A stretch of DNA of 64,000 nucleotides, taken from positions 2,032 through 66,031 of the forward strand of contig JBAYJG010000001.1 in the NCBI GenBank assembly GCA_041665225.1. Direction: 5' to 3'. Below, piece by piece: positions 1 to 10,533 of the stretch (positions are counted from its first letter, which is position 1; each line of letters begins with the position of its first letter). Made by a program: the position numbers and the translations under genes. This DNA is from Bacteroidota bacterium. Lineage in GTDB: Bacteria > Bacteroidota > Ignavibacteria > UBA10030 > UBA8401. Below the pieces are notes generated by a model. It was given only the letters and a program-made list of their open reading frames with translations, was not told the DNA's origin and searched no databases.

Positions 1-192
1 TGTTGGCGTTGTCTGTGAATTCGGTAAGGCGGAGTTTGCCTTGGTTTGCCGGCGTGGCATCGAAAGCGTAATATGCTACTTTATTCTGCCCGGATGCCGG
101 TAGTTCTGCCCTTAATTCTTGAATGGCTGGGTTCAAAAGAATGAGTGTAAAAATCGACGCGGCTGTTTTAATTGATGTAAAATATGTCATAA
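1..192 (-). CDS. 5' fragment (about 64 aa) of a secreted hypothetical protein; the gene continues past the window start
   Basis: Minus-strand ATG at 190-192 opens a frame that runs to position 1. The N-terminus (MTYFTSIKTAASIFTLILLNPAIQ...) looks like a signal peptide. It is absent from the ORF track because it is truncated. Confidence 0.3.
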
Positions 193-337
193 GATGAAAG
201 TATTTAATGGAACTCTCGTTCGACAAAGCAAGGTATTTTCTTTCTCGTACATCGTTAAGAAGAGAATGTTTTTGACAGTGATAATTCCGGCGTTGCTTAA
301 AAAACTGATTCCTCCGATAACTTCATTTATTCCTTCT

Positions 338-400
338 TGGGTCTAATGCTCCGATGTTTTTTTTAAGGATTCCTTCGAAGCAGCGAGGATGTTTATTGAC
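338..400 (+). repeat. intergenic repeat family, copy 1
   Basis: gggtctaatgctccgatg...ggattccttcgaagcagcgaggatgtttattg aligns with the copies at 29757-29823 and 41910-41995. It overlaps the stop codon of the minus-strand hydrolase gene. Confidence 0.5.
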
Positions 401-2891
401 TTACAAATTCACCCTTTCCCAAACTCCAATCATTTCCGAAATAGCCGGTTAATGTTATTCCTTTTTCATCGGATTCAAGAATTCCGGAATTATAGATGAC
501 AACATCAGGAAAATTCAGATATTGATCGAAATATCGCGTCAGGTTCGCCAATTTCATCCCATCAATGCTTGTCCCTGCAACAGCGGCGACACTCGCATTT
601 GCGCAATCGGTTCGCGGCCGGATCATCAAACAAGCATAGTCTTTTCCGCTGTAGACTTTGCTCCCGACGGTAACCTTTTTGTTATCAACTTGAATGGGAG
701 AGTCTTTCAGCAAGAACTGCCAGGCGGAATTTGTCTTGGAGTTCCCGAACAAAACGACGCTTCTGTCTTTATATGTAACCGGATCAAACTCACTGTCCTT
801 CATCACTTCAATGGAACTATTGCCGCGATACCAAATGATCTCGGCATCGTATCGTGCCTTTTCAAACGCCCAGGCATTTTCCTTTTCACTGCCATGTGTT
901 CCATACACAAAGACGGGACGATGATTCAACACCTCCCGGAAACTTCCGCATCGTAATGGATTTTTATTGACGGGATTTGGTGCATCGGTAAGCTGCCATG
1001 TATTGCCAGCCCTGACGAGATATATTTTTTTATTCAAAGGTATGTCAATGCCAGGGATCCTTTGTGAATCCACTTCGATTGAGAACGGCGTGCCAGCGGA
1101 AAGTATTGATACGTCGATGGAAAATAACGCTATGTTGCTTGTGGTTCCGGTGAAAGTTCTATCGACCGGATCTACCTGAATGTTGATCGTACTAATTTTT
1201 TGCTGTTCAATTTGATTGAGCACCTCAATCCAATAGTTTTTTGATGCAACAGCGGGATTTGAGGTCACAAAATTCACCGTTGCTATTTTTTCTTTTTCGG
1301 CTACCGCGTGGTGTGCAAAGAAATCGAACATCGGTGTCCAATCAACGCAATCTGCTCCGGGTTTCTCGGAAAGGTCCCACCAATGGCCTGCTCCGGGTTG
1401 AACATGATACACAAAGTCCTTATGGAACTTGGATATCTGTGCAATCATGGATTCCGGCTGAGCGGGGGGGACATTATCATCAGCATCTCCTTGTAAAATA
1501 TAGATGCCGTTGAGCCGTGCATTTGTTGAAAATGCATAGGTGTCGCTTGGTTTTGTTGATCGTGTTAACATGCGCCCCACCACCGTGGAATCGATCTGTG
1601 GTTTAATCCTATATGACCAGATGCTGATCCAGCCGGCGCTGATACCAAGTGCAGCAAATTGATCGGCATAGTGCACACCTAATTGCCATGTTCCGTGTCC
1701 TCCCATTGAATGGCCGGTAAGGTACACACGGTTTTCATCGACGGAATATTTATTTTTTGCAAGTGCTAATACTTCAAGAGCATCTAAACGTCCCCAATTT
1801 TCCCAGTTATAGCCGTACGGCCTGCGATTAGTGGGTGCAACGACATATCCCCAATTTTTGTGCGCATACGCCTGTGCCTGATTAATCGCTTCGACACCGG
1901 CGCCATGTAAGCTTAAAAACAGTGCAGGTTTCTCCTTCACATAAGTCGGCGGATTCACCGCATAATATTGCACGCTGCCGTCGATTGCACTGATAAACGT
2001 CTCTTTGTGTGTCTCTCCGGAGTGGACAACGTTCAATTCAATTGATGCTGTCGAAACTGTTTCTTCTTTTGTTTTTCCTTTTACCACGAGAGCAAGATTC
2101 AGTTGTTTTACTCCAGTGGTTGACTGCGCCGGAAGTTTAATAGAGAAAGGAATTTTTGTAATCGAGAGGGGATTAATTCCGTTCACGGGATAATATTCCG
2201 GAGCAGAATGACCTGACCATGTTTTAATATATAGTCCTTTATATGTGTGTTCGGTTGCATTGGCTATAGGAATAGCACCGATCATCGCTGTTTCTTCACC
2301 CACCAGAAGATCCGGAACGGTGATATCGTTGACTAGAAAGAATACCCCAATTTTATTGGGATGAACAACTGCCTTGAGCAATCCCCGATGACACTCAAAT
2401 AAAAATGAATTGTCGCCTTTTTTCAATTTTACCGGAATAAATGAATAATCAAATCGCGGTCCGCCGGGATCATACGAGTCTTGATAGCCATAGGGATTAC
2501 CAGAGCGGGCAGATCCGTTAACGTATACCATCGTATTACCCTTCGCTTCCAGCAAAATATATTGCTCTTTGGCCGATGCGAAAGAAAAGTGGATATAGGC
2601 ATTGGTTAATGAATCGTCTTTGAACCAACCGCTGGTGTCCGATGTAATCCGCTCCCATGTGCCGATGTGTGCATCTCCGGAGTTGATTTGATCATTTTCT
2701 TCAGGAATGCTCCATGAACCGGTTGTTATTGATGCAACAATACTGTTGGGAGTAATATATTGCTGAGCACCGGTCGCAGGGAGTTTTATTACCAATCCAT
2801 CCTTCAATACCACCGGGGTTTGTGGTTGGCTGAACAATTCAAATATGGGTACCAACAGCACATATAATAGAGTAAAGGCCGATTTTTTCAT
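393..2891 (-). CDS. secreted alpha/beta-hydrolase, S9 prolyl-oligopeptidase/esterase-like, 832 aa
   Basis: N-terminal signal peptide (MKKSAFTLLYVLLVPIF). GHSMGG nucleophile elbow (G-x-S-x-G), with HG.. oxyanion-type motifs upstream of it. Confidence 0.6.
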   Translation of the reverse strand: MKKSAFTLLYVLLVPIFELFSQPQTPVVLKDGLVIKLPATGAQQYITPNSIVASITTGSWSIPEENDQINSGDAHIGTWERITSDTSGWFKDDSLTNAYIHFSFASAKEQYILLEAKGNTMVYVNGSARSGNPYGYQDSYDPGGPRFDYSFIPVKLKKGDNSFLFECHRGLLKAVVHPNKIGVFFLVNDITVPDLLVGEETAMIGAIPIANATEHTYKGLYIKTWSGHSAPEYYPVNGINPLSITKIPFSIKLPAQSTTGVKQLNLALVVKGKTKEETVSTASIELNVVHSGETHKETFISAIDGSVQYYAVNPPTYVKEKPALFLSLHGAGVEAINQAQAYAHKNWGYVVAPTNRRPYGYNWENWGRLDALEVLALAKNKYSVDENRVYLTGHSMGGHGTWQLGVHYADQFAALGISAGWISIWSYRIKPQIDSTVVGRMLTRSTKPSDTYAFSTNARLNGIYILQGDADDNVPPAQPESMIAQISKFHKDFVYHVQPGAGHWWDLSEKPGADCVDWTPMFDFFAHHAVAEKEKIATVNFVTSNPAVASKNYWIEVLNQIEQQKISTINIQVDPVDRTFTGTTSNIALFSIDVSILSAGTPFSIEVDSQRIPGIDIPLNKKIYLVRAGNTWQLTDAPNPVNKNPLRCGSFREVLNHRPVFVYGTHGSEKENAWAFEKARYDAEIIWYRGNSSIEVMKDSEFDPVTYKDRSVVLFGNSKTNSAWQFLLKDSPIQVDNKKVTVGSKVYSGKDYACLMIRPRTDCANASVAAVAGTSIDGMKLANLTRYFDQYLNFPDVVIYNSGILESDEKGITLTGYFGNDWSLGKGEFVSQ

Positions 2892-2927
2892 TGTCGTAAT
2901 TAAATTATTGAAGAGTGATGAAAATAA

Positions 2928-4874
2928 TTATTTCACCTGATTGTTGCTTTGATCGTGTTGTACGGTGCCGTCGTCATTATGGTCGCGGACCATTGTTGAT
3001 AGTCTTTGTAGCATGTCCTTAAAATCCTTAATTCCACCGATGGTGAACCATACAATAACAAAGAATGAAACAATAAGATTAATAAGAATGAATGTGTTCC
3101 AGAACGACATCCATGAAGAATCCTGAACATCGCCGGTAAGATTAAAAATTGTTCCAATAATAAACGCTGCAATCCAGATAAAAGTCCAAACGTACGCGGT
3201 GAGGTAAATAATTTTATCTCCCCTGGTGAATTCCTTCCCCATGCCGAGCATTTTCAATCCCTTTACCGGCACTTCATTGGTGAGAACAATGTCTTCCTGA
3301 ACAGCATATTGTCCGCGATGCAGCATTTTGTCCATGTCAAAATCCTGCTGCTTCCCAAGCAATGAAACAACGACATAGACCAACGATGAAACCGCCATCG
3401 CAATTCCCCAGAAATACTGTCCATTGATTGGGAAATTGGGATAAATTTGCTGAAGGATAATTCCGCCAATAGAAACAACGGATCCCACAATCAACGCGCT
3501 CCAGGCTGCGGCTGTTGTCCCTTTCTTCCAGTATAATCCCCCGATAATGACCGCACCCGAACCACCGACAAAAATTGCAGCAGTAATTGCAAAATAAAGG
3601 AAAATATAATCTGTCATCGGGAAGAAAAGGCTGAAAAGGAAAATAAAGATGCACACTCCTAAAATAGAGATGCGAAGAACCTTTAAGTGTTGTCCCGGCT
3701 CAAATGGTTTTTTACGGAATGGCATAATTACATCCTGAATAAAGATGCTGCCCCACGAATGCATATACGAATTATGCGTTCCAATTGTCGCCATCAACAT
3801 CACCGCCATGAATGCGCCCATTACTCCGCCCGGCAATATTTTTGAAAGAACTATTGGGATACGCAATTGATTTTGCACTTCGGTATTTGCAATACCAGAT
3901 AATGTTTGGTTCACACTGGCTGTGATTCCAGCAAAATCAGGATTGTGTAATATTGTGTAAGCAACAACGGGAACAAATACAAGAAACAGCCATTTCGGAA
4001 TGTCGCGCAAGTTGCCGAGCACTTCACCCATTTTTGCTTCGTGAGCACTTTTTGCGGATGAGTTAAAACCTTGCGATCCTTGCCACGAAAGTTTTACGTA
4101 CACAACGCCGATAACATTGATCAGAAAATACCAGAAATTAAAATCGGGTACTTCACTTGTATGATACGGATTGATCAGCGAAGCGTCTTGAGGAGCGGTT
4201 GAGACCGCAATAAAAATCTGATCCCAATTCACAAAGAATAAACAGAAGACGATGATAATGAGAAATGTAATATTGGAAAAAACTCCCTGGATAAATTCAG
4301 TGATAATGACGGCAATTTGTCCACCGACAAAAACAAAATACAGAGAAATCAACAAGAACGAGGCCATCACCACCGGGAATGTCGATACCGCAATTCCAAA
4401 CACATGAAAGGTGAGGGGGAGTCCGACAAAATAAATTAAGAACCGTGCGCTGACGGCGGGGAAGATACCAAAGTTCAATAAACCAGAAATGAAGGCAAGA
4501 ATCCCGGCAAAGATCCGAAAATTCCTGCTGTACCGTATCTCAAGGAATTGTGCAATCGTTAATGCTCTGGTCTGGCGAAATCGATAGATCACCCAGCCGG
4601 ATACGGTTATGAGTAGTAGTACGACCGCCATTATGAATTCCCACCATCGCAATGCGAACCCGGCAACATAATTCATTTCCCACTGCCCTACAATGGTGAT
4701 TGCACCGATCGCCGCCATACCTTGTGAAACCGTAATCATATATCGTCCGGCTGATCTTCCTGCGGATAAAAAATCCGCCACACTTTGGACAAATTTTTTA
4801 CTGACACGTACTGCGAAGAAAAGTACTGTCATGCACATAATTACGATTGACCAGTCAAAGAAAGATAAATTCAT
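2928..4874 (-). CDS. sodium:solute symporter (SSS) family transporter
   Basis: 648 aa polytopic membrane protein. The N-terminal pattern (FLSAGRS.G ... A.G) and overall hydrophobic periodicity are typical of the SSS family. Confidence 0.65.
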   Translation of the reverse strand: MNLSFFDWSIVIMCMTVLFFAVRVSKKFVQSVADFLSAGRSAGRYMITVSQGMAAIGAITIVGQWEMNYVAGFALRWWEFIMAVVLLLITVSGWVIYRFRQTRALTIAQFLEIRYSRNFRIFAGILAFISGLLNFGIFPAVSARFLIYFVGLPLTFHVFGIAVSTFPVVMASFLLISLYFVFVGGQIAVIITEFIQGVFSNITFLIIIVFCLFFVNWDQIFIAVSTAPQDASLINPYHTSEVPDFNFWYFLINVIGVVYVKLSWQGSQGFNSSAKSAHEAKMGEVLGNLRDIPKWLFLVFVPVVAYTILHNPDFAGITASVNQTLSGIANTEVQNQLRIPIVLSKILPGGVMGAFMAVMLMATIGTHNSYMHSWGSIFIQDVIMPFRKKPFEPGQHLKVLRISILGVCIFIFLFSLFFPMTDYIFLYFAITAAIFVGGSGAVIIGGLYWKKGTTAAAWSALIVGSVVSIGGIILQQIYPNFPINGQYFWGIAMAVSSLVYVVVSLLGKQQDFDMDKMLHRGQYAVQEDIVLTNEVPVKGLKMLGMGKEFTRGDKIIYLTAYVWTFIWIAAFIIGTIFNLTGDVQDSSWMSFWNTFILINLIVSFFVIVWFTIGGIKDFKDMLQRLSTMVRDHNDDGTVQHDQSNNQVK

Positions 4875-5348
4875 TCGGCTCCTTAGCGCTATGTTAAAAT
4901 GAACAGTTTTTGTCCATTACATTAAATCCCGATAGGAAAAAAATAATTCTGGATTTCTTCAATCCCATAGATTCAACGTTAATGCAAAAACAAAATAAAC
5001 TATGATTGTTGAAAGATAAGAAAAAATTAATTAAATGGTCAAAAAAATTGGATAATTTTTTAAAAAAATATTAATTCCATGTACAATGGATTAAATAGCC
5101 TGAATTCATAGAAAACATAAAAAAACTCCATAATTTCTGTTTAATATCGGTAAAACCGACCTGGTTAATACATATAAAGAAGATATCAATCGAGCACGCA
5201 TAAATTAGTAAGAATAAAAATAATTTACGATCAGCTATTGCTTTTTAAATATCCATAGTTTATTTTTACAAAGAATAAACGACGAGTGAATTCTAAGTAA
5301 ATACAGCAATTCTGGCAAATAGCTAGAAATCAAATGTGTGAGGATCCC

Positions 5349-8330
5349 ATGAACATTAAAACTACTCTATTTCAAGTATGGCTTCTCTCGTTGCTTGTTT
5401 TGAGTACCTCTTTATTTGCGGCATCGAATGGATCCATCAAAGGTACTGTAAGAGATGTTCAATCAAAAGACCCCCTTCCTTTTGCCAATGTTCTATTAAA
5501 AGGAACTGGATTGGGAGCGGCGGCAGATGTTGAGGGTGTCTATACTATACAGAACGTGCCTCCCGGTAATTACACTCTTCGAGTTACTTTCCTCGGCTAT
5601 CAAACAAAAGAATTAAAAATTGAAGTGAAAGATGGTCAAACATTAAAATATGACATTTCATTGAAGGGGGAAAGCGTCACCGGAGACACTGTTTTTGTCA
5701 CTGCGCAAGCGTTAGGGCAGAGACACGCTATTAATGAACAGCTAAGTTCAGCGACAATTAAAAACGTCGTGTCCTCGGCAAAAATACAGGAGTTACCCGA
5801 TGTGAACGCCGCTGAATCAGTAAGCAGACTTCCCGGTGTTTCTCTAATAAGAACAGGCGGCGAAGGTTCTAAAGTGGTAGTTCGCGGTCTCTCGCCGCAG
5901 TATAATCGAGTAACAATTGATGGAGTAGAACTTCCGGCAAATGCCACATCAACTGATAGAAATGACCACAAATCCGAATTCGATAATAACGATGAACTTT
6001 CTCTATCCGGTGATCGCGGCGCAGATCTCAGTATGATTTCTTCTAATATGCTCGGCGGTATCGAAGTAATTAAGGCAATTACACCGGATATGGACGCAAC
6101 GGTATTTGGCGGCGTTGTTAATTTTTCTATGAGGAAAGCGCTTAAAACTGAATTAGAGCTGCCGCAATTTGATTTCATCACACAGGGAAACCACAATAGG
6201 TTGAAAAGTACAAGCAACGATTACAAAGTTGTTGCTTCGTATGAACAACGGTTCTGGGAAAACAGTTTTGGATTGTTTGCGCAAGGCACCGTTGAGAAAA
6301 AGAATCTCAGCTCGAATGAACTCAATGCAGATTTTAGATTTGATGGTGCAATAAATGTTGCAAGCACTAATTTGCCAGAATATAAAGGTATGAGCGTCTC
6401 TGATATCCTTAGAGACCGCAGGCGCTACGGAGGAACTCTTGTGTTTGATTATGCCTACGAAACCGGGAGTGTGGGTTTTATGAATTTTTACAGCAGAAGC
6501 AATACCAGTACGATCAATAGAAATGAAAGAGTCAGTGAACTGATTGATAATAAGCTGTTCTACTCTGCAACTAATTCCGATAACATTTTGGATGTCTATA
6601 GCAACCTGTTGAGCATCAAACAAGACATTGGGGGATTTGGTGTTGAAGTAAAACTGTCTCATTCCTACTCGCAGAGTGAAAGCCCCGACGATGTTTTTTT
6701 TGAATTTCGACAAGAGAATGTAGGACTCAATAATTTGTATTCGGCACTGAAATATGCGCCCGCCGATAAAATATTTGCAAGCGTAAATCATAATCCCGCG
6801 AGCGCTCAATTTTTTCAAATATCAAATATCAATAATATTTCGAAGGATAGAACATATAACTCCGCAGTTGATGTTAGTAAGGACTTTACGATTTCGGAAT
6901 TCATATCAAGCAAAATAAAAATTGGCGGTGCATATCAATATAGAAGCAGGGAGTATGATTATAACCAGAGCAGCGGTTCTGTTCTCTATGACGATGGCGG
7001 ACAGGTGTCCGGAGCTATTTCACGAGCGTTTCCGCAATTTACTGCCGACAGTACCGGTATAACATTCCAGGATTTTATCGATGCTGATTACAGCTATGGA
7101 GATTTTCTCAAAGGCGATTATATATTGGGTCCGCCAATGGATGTAGCCTTAATGCTTGATGTTATTGAAGTTGCGAAGGGGCATCCGGGTACAAACGAAG
7201 CGCAGGGTGGATACAAACCGCAAATACTTGCATCGCAATTGTATGATTATTCCGGCAATGAAAAAAGAAGCGCAGGGTATGCAATGGTCACGATCAATTT
7301 TGGTGATCTGTTCGCGTTGATGCCCGGAGTTCGCTACCAAAACCTAACGACAACCTATACGGGTTTGCGCGTTATGCAAACTGGTCCAGGACAGGTTTCT
7401 TCCGAGGCAACAGTGACGCAGTCCCACGGTTATTACTTACCAATGGCACATGCTCAGTTCAAGCCGGTAGATTGGATACAATTCCACCTGGCGTATACCA
7501 ATACGTTAAACTACGCGGATTATAATTCAATTATCCCCCGTTATCTTATTTCCACAAATTATGTTTTGTATAACAATACCGAATTGAAACCGGCAACATC
7601 AGAAAATTATGATGCCATCCTTTCAATCTATTCGAACGAGGTAGGATTGTTCACTTTCGGTGGATTTAAAAAACGAATTAAAGATCTCGTCCTGCCTGCA
7701 AAATCCTATCCAACAGATTTCAGTGAATATCCAGAACTATATGAAAAACTGAAGGGGGCGACGGAAAGCAGGTCTCTTTATACATATATCAACAATCCCA
7801 TTGCCGTCGATGTGATAGGTATTGAAACAGAATGGCAGACAAATTTTTGGTATTTGCCCGGGGTATTTACCGGACTGGTATTTAACATAAACTACACCCA
7901 CATATTTTCTGAAGCGAAATACCCGAAATCATATTTCGGATTTATTCCGGATACAATCACTTTTGATCCAAAGGAATATACCGTTGACACATTGTATGTG
8001 ACACGTCTATTGAATCAGCCGAATGATGTATTAAATATTTCTTTCGGTTATGACTATGCTGGTTTTTCCGCACGGATATCGATGCTCTATAAAGATAACG
8101 TATTTAAGAGCCCCCAATTTTGGCCGCAGAACAGAGTCAACTCAGATAAGTATGTTCGTTACGACTTTTCAGCAAAACAGGAGCTTCCGTGGTTTGGAAT
8201 GCAGCTGTTTTTCAATCTCAATAACATCAGTGGTGAAGATGATATAGATCTCAATCAAAAAACAAGTTTCATTACTTCACAACAACGATACGGTATGACG
8301 GCGGATTTAGGATTACGCTTAAAATTTTAA
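5349..8330 (+). CDS. TonB-dependent outer-membrane receptor with N-terminal carboxypeptidase-regulatory-like domain
   Basis: Signal peptide. CarbopepD_reg-like beta-sandwich (GSIKGTVRD...ANVLLKGTG...GVYTI). Plug-domain motifs (DTVFVTAQA...; RLPGVS...GG...VVVRG). A long beta-barrel ending in an aromatic residue. ATG at 5349 chosen over the upstream ATG at 5334. Confidence 0.8.
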   Translation: MNIKTTLFQVWLLSLLVLSTSLFAASNGSIKGTVRDVQSKDPLPFANVLLKGTGLGAAADVEGVYTIQNVPPGNYTLRVTFLGYQTKELKIEVKDGQTLKYDISLKGESVTGDTVFVTAQALGQRHAINEQLSSATIKNVVSSAKIQELPDVNAAESVSRLPGVSLIRTGGEGSKVVVRGLSPQYNRVTIDGVELPANATSTDRNDHKSEFDNNDELSLSGDRGADLSMISSNMLGGIEVIKAITPDMDATVFGGVVNFSMRKALKTELELPQFDFITQGNHNRLKSTSNDYKVVASYEQRFWENSFGLFAQGTVEKKNLSSNELNADFRFDGAINVASTNLPEYKGMSVSDILRDRRRYGGTLVFDYAYETGSVGFMNFYSRSNTSTINRNERVSELIDNKLFYSATNSDNILDVYSNLLSIKQDIGGFGVEVKLSHSYSQSESPDDVFFEFRQENVGLNNLYSALKYAPADKIFASVNHNPASAQFFQISNINNISKDRTYNSAVDVSKDFTISEFISSKIKIGGAYQYRSREYDYNQSSGSVLYDDGGQVSGAISRAFPQFTADSTGITFQDFIDADYSYGDFLKGDYILGPPMDVALMLDVIEVAKGHPGTNEAQGGYKPQILASQLYDYSGNEKRSAGYAMVTINFGDLFALMPGVRYQNLTTTYTGLRVMQTGPGQVSSEATVTQSHGYYLPMAHAQFKPVDWIQFHLAYTNTLNYADYNSIIPRYLISTNYVLYNNTELKPATSENYDAILSIYSNEVGLFTFGGFKKRIKDLVLPAKSYPTDFSEYPELYEKLKGATESRSLYTYINNPIAVDVIGIETEWQTNFWYLPGVFTGLVFNINYTHIFSEAKYPKSYFGFIPDTITFDPKEYTVDTLYVTRLLNQPNDVLNISFGYDYAGFSARISMLYKDNVFKSPQFWPQNRVNSDKYVRYDFSAKQELPWFGMQLFFNLNNISGEDDIDLNQKTSFITSQQRYGMTADLGLRLKF

Positions 8331-8442
8331 CACTGATAGGTTTGTGTTTAGGTAAAAAGAAAGGAGGCACGGCATTTAACAAAACGGATATATTGAGTCT
8401 CAAATTCATCAAAACTAATTCAATAACTCAAAGGAGGTTCAA

Positions 8443-10179
8443 ATGAAAAGGTCGCTATACTTCTTTTCGTTGTTTGCTTTGGTGCTTGTCGTTATCAGTA
8501 CAAGCATGTTGTCGGCACAATCAACCACTGATACAGTCTATATTCCGGGTGGCCAATCGCTGAATATCAGCAATATCATCAATGCAGATACTTCGGTAAC
8601 TGCAAAACGTGTATATGTGTTAGATCGCGGTGCTATCTATTATATAGAGAAAGCATTTGAAATTACTCACTCCAGCAGTTTTATTGCGACCGGCGCAGCA
8701 GTGCGGCCGCCTGTTCTTGCTGTTGCTAAGCGCGCAGATGGTTCTAACGAAGAATGGTACATTAAACTGATAAAAAAAGGGATCAAAGTGGAGTTGAAGG
8801 ATATCTATTTGCTTTCCATGCGCAGCGGCGATCATAAAACACTCGGATGGAGCCGTGCAATTCATGTCGGTGCAGATAGTGTTTCTTTGAAGTTGAGAAA
8901 CGTGGTTTTTGAAGCGTTTACAGAAGCAGGTATCCGTGTTGAAGCAGATTATGCAAAACTCGATGTTCAAAATTGCTATTTCAGAAACTTTATCCATTCC
9001 AGTTCTTATTTTGGCGGTCAACCGTTCATTTCCAATAATAACGATCATCCTGATACGACCATTTTTCGAAATAATACATTCTTTGCCGTAAACTCGTATC
9101 TCTTCTCCGTTCGCGGGTATGGTCCATACTCCGTGTTTGAACATAACACCGTGGTGTATACAGCTGTCAATCCATTCTTGACACGAACAGCGGATAACGT
9201 GTATGTTAAAAACAATCTCTTTTACGATGTTCATGCATGGGGAGGAGATCCTGAACAGGTCATCGGCGGCTGGTTCTTAAACTATCCCGATACAGCTTCG
9301 TCCGCCATTAATCAGATTAGAAAAAATATGGTTTTCAGAGGATATGCTACTACCGGTCCGGAAATCCATTATTCTGATTATGGTATTCCGTATGATCCGT
9401 CAAAGAGAGTACACGTTGCGCAAAATAATGATTACTTTTTCAGTCAGAAATTGACAAAATTCTACACCGACTGGAATGATACCGTTGCAACCTTTGACAG
9501 CGTTGAAGTAATCACCGGACCAAAACAGTATTTGAAACGTACACTCACGATGGCTCGTTGGCTTAATGATCTTGCCGTCGAGACAATTGATTCTCTAACA
9601 AATCAAGCTTCGTGGGATTATTCGTCTCATGTAGTAGTTTCGAACAATACCAACCTTGATCCGGGATTTTCTGATGCAACCGTATTGGGACATGCAGACA
9701 GTTTGAAAGACTATGTCAAACGTATTGCCACACGACAATTGGATAATCCGTGGCATTATAAACTCGCATTCCCGCCGGTATGGCCGCTTCCGGAAAATTT
9801 TGCCTATACCAATACAACAATGAAAACCGCGGGTACAGACGGTAAACCGCTGGGTGACTTAAATTGGTTTGGAATGGCAACGGGTGTTGGCGGAGATAAA
9901 TTAGATGTTCATCCGACAGCGTTCACATTAGATCAAAACTATCCGAATCCGTTCAATCCGAGCACCACCATCAAGTATCAGATTTCAAAGAATGGCTTGA
10001 CCACATTAAAAGTGTATAATCTCATTGGTCAAGAAGTGGCAACATTGGTGAATGGAGTTGTTACAGCTGGAAGCTATGAAGTAAAATTTGACGCTTCACG
10101 CTTGTCCAGCGGCGTGTATTTCTATACGCTTCGCTCCGGCAACTTTGTTGAAACAAGAAAAATGACACTGATGAAATAG
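8443..10179 (+). CDS. secreted protein with T9SS (Por) C-terminal sorting domain; beta-helix-like repeats
   Basis: Strong RBS (aaaggagg) and a signal peptide. The C-terminal about 80 aa (LDQNYPNPFNPSTTIKY...YNLIGQEV...SGVYFY) match the T9SS CTD consensus. The central region has N..F/Y repeats reminiscent of right-handed beta-helix proteins. Confidence 0.6.
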   Translation: MKRSLYFFSLFALVLVVISTSMLSAQSTTDTVYIPGGQSLNISNIINADTSVTAKRVYVLDRGAIYYIEKAFEITHSSSFIATGAAVRPPVLAVAKRADGSNEEWYIKLIKKGIKVELKDIYLLSMRSGDHKTLGWSRAIHVGADSVSLKLRNVVFEAFTEAGIRVEADYAKLDVQNCYFRNFIHSSSYFGGQPFISNNNDHPDTTIFRNNTFFAVNSYLFSVRGYGPYSVFEHNTVVYTAVNPFLTRTADNVYVKNNLFYDVHAWGGDPEQVIGGWFLNYPDTASSAINQIRKNMVFRGYATTGPEIHYSDYGIPYDPSKRVHVAQNNDYFFSQKLTKFYTDWNDTVATFDSVEVITGPKQYLKRTLTMARWLNDLAVETIDSLTNQASWDYSSHVVVSNNTNLDPGFSDATVLGHADSLKDYVKRIATRQLDNPWHYKLAFPPVWPLPENFAYTNTTMKTAGTDGKPLGDLNWFGMATGVGGDKLDVHPTAFTLDQNYPNPFNPSTTIKYQISKNGLTTLKVYNLIGQEVATLVNGVVTAGSYEVKFDASRLSSGVYFYTLRSGNFVETRKMTLMK

Positions 10180-10223
10180 TATCACGGCGCTTTGCATCTA
10201 TTGCAAAGAGCAGAAATAGGTAA

Positions 10224-10266
10224 ACGCCAGCCGGCAATACAGTCAACGCCGGCTGGCATATTTTTC
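10224..10266 (+). terminator. rho-independent terminator after the T9SS cargo gene
   Basis: GC-rich perfect stem GCCAGCCGGC / GCCGGCTGGC with a 12-nt loop, followed by ATATTTTT. Confidence 0.5.
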
Positions 10267-10533
10267 AAGGCAATACACCTGCAGTATTTACCAAGCCAGT
10301 ATTCTGGAACAGCGAACGAAGTGAATTTGTGATGATGAGCGGAATCGAACCATATGCTAATGTCAATAGTTTTGTTTCGACTGCGCTCACTGTGACAAAA
10401 TTATATACGAACATATTTACGTTGTTTCTACAAACCTCCTTTTCTATAAATGGTGAACTTGCTTTTTTTTGAAGAAGGGTCTACTTTAATGGAAGTACAT
10501 ATGAAAGCCCTTCCCGCTGCGGAGTAAAAAAAT

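Noticed and set aside
5636-6818. ORFs 5636..6217(-) and 6153..6818(-) antisense within the TonB receptor gene; similar antisense ORFs at 8620..9234, 13188..13856, 15323..16117, 44264..44767 and 62064..62537
   Set aside because: All lie fully inside long, well-supported genes on the opposite strand. They have low-complexity or odd composition and no RBS. They are shadow ORFs.
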